Of a DNA stretch of 64,000 nt, positions 62,960 through 64,000 are shown one piece after another. The DNA lies in NCBI GenBank assembly GCA_951406725.2, contig OX597827.1, forward strand, positions 24,056,001 through 24,120,000, in the 5' to 3' direction. How positions within the stretch are numbered: position 1 is the stretch's first letter; each line of letters starts with the position of its first letter. The position numbers and the translations under genes were made by a program. This DNA comes from Octopus vulgaris. Its lineage: Eukaryota. The notes under the pieces are model-generated. The model was not told the origin of the DNA. It worked only from the letters and a program-made list of their open reading frames with translations, and did not search any database.

Positions 62960-63252
62960 TTGATTGTGACTCCAAGATTACAACATGGTCATTCCGGTGT
63001 ATTCTGATTACAAGCTGTTTGTGGGCTGACAACAAAGCATCCAAAATTTTTCAGAATTCCACTGCATGTTGTTTTTCTTCAGCTCATTTACATGTTGTGT
63101 TCAAATGTTGCTCATCAAGGATTTTGACAGCTTGTAATACATTTGTATTGTCAGCGTGGCTGATTGTATGACTGAGAACATGTCAGAGAAAGCTACAACA
63201 AACAGTCCCAGTACAGTTCCTTGAAGGACTCTGCCAAAAACTAATGTTTCCC

Positions 63253-63316
<64 letters not shown>

Positions 63317-63480
63317 ATGTTGGCTGTGACTGCTTGACTCCTTTCTTTTGAAGAGTCACAGAGCTTCTCCACTAGTTTTCCAACTATGCCAAGATCAAGC
63401 AGATTGACGCATATTGCGCGAGCAACTTTATCAGAAGCCTTTACAAGATTGACATATAACACACCTATACTTAGATAATT
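62960..63480 (-). mobile_element. CR1-type LINE RT fragment interrupted by (GA)n
   Basis: VLYVNLVKASDKV (YLDFAKAFDKV-like), VLQGTVLG, HADNT (FADD-like). Confidence 0.6.
63255..63315. repeat. (GA)n microsatellite
   Basis: Direct read. Confidence 0.95.
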
Positions 63481-64000
63481 CGACTGTGGTGTCTGTATCC
63501 AGTTGTAATGCAGTAATAACAGTGTGTGTGTATGTGTGTGTGTGTAATAAATATATATATATACGTGTGTATGTATCTGAGCGTGTGTATGCATATATAT
63601 ATATATATACACACACACATATACAGATAAATATATCAAAACATGCACCTATGTGTGTATGTGAATGTATATATAAAAATATGTGTGTGTGTATATATAC
63701 ATATATATATATGCAGTTTGCATGAAACTATATATGTACATGTAGATAAACATTATTAATTTTGTTTTTAATTTCTTATAAATTGCATTGATTTGGCTTT
63801 ATAAAAAAATTAAAAGCATTTATATATAATATGCATGGATCTAAGTGTAGGAACTTTGTACGCTTTGAGCAATCCATTGTAGGTATGAAAAAAAACAACA
63901 TTCGGGAACAATAATAATTTATTAGTGTTGAAGGTTGGAGGCTTTTCCCATGAATAAACTGAAAAGAATGCAAATAAAAATCCAAATTGTGGGAATGGAG

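Noticed and set aside
51100-64000. A divergent neighbouring gene upstream of attractin
   Set aside because: I could not find exons with recognisable domains and splice sites; the region appears repeat-dominated, though small exons cannot be excluded by eye.

Overview
Eukaryotic, AT-rich, microsatellite- and SINE-dense DNA. The repeat families look like those of a coleoid cephalopod, most likely Octopus (inference, not tested). One host gene is supported: an attractin (ATRN/ATRNL1/dsd-like) gene on the minus strand. I could assemble its first eight coding exons by hand with consistent splice phases (signal peptide-EGF-CUB-EGF-EGF-Kelch...). Intron 1 is about 41 kb (9193..50361) and the gene runs off the left edge. 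The rest is a layered transposon landscape: a full-length decayed Buster/Charlie hAT with a perfect 8-bp TSD; mariner and Tc1 relics; a mariner MITE built from an inverted duplication of its own 3' end; a Merlin-type MITE; piggyBac and hAT MITEs; Helentron-like elements, one carrying a Gypsy integrase fragment; RTE/CR1/Tx1 LINE fragments; and three SINE families. Worth a second look: a second CpG-rich island inside intron 1 with a phase-compatible candidate alternative exon, six unrelated long foldback palindromes, and two degenerate Penelope-type hammerhead motifs. I found no convincing evidence of a wholly new multi-gene system. Repeat boundaries are read by eye and approximate unless a TSD or TIR is cited.
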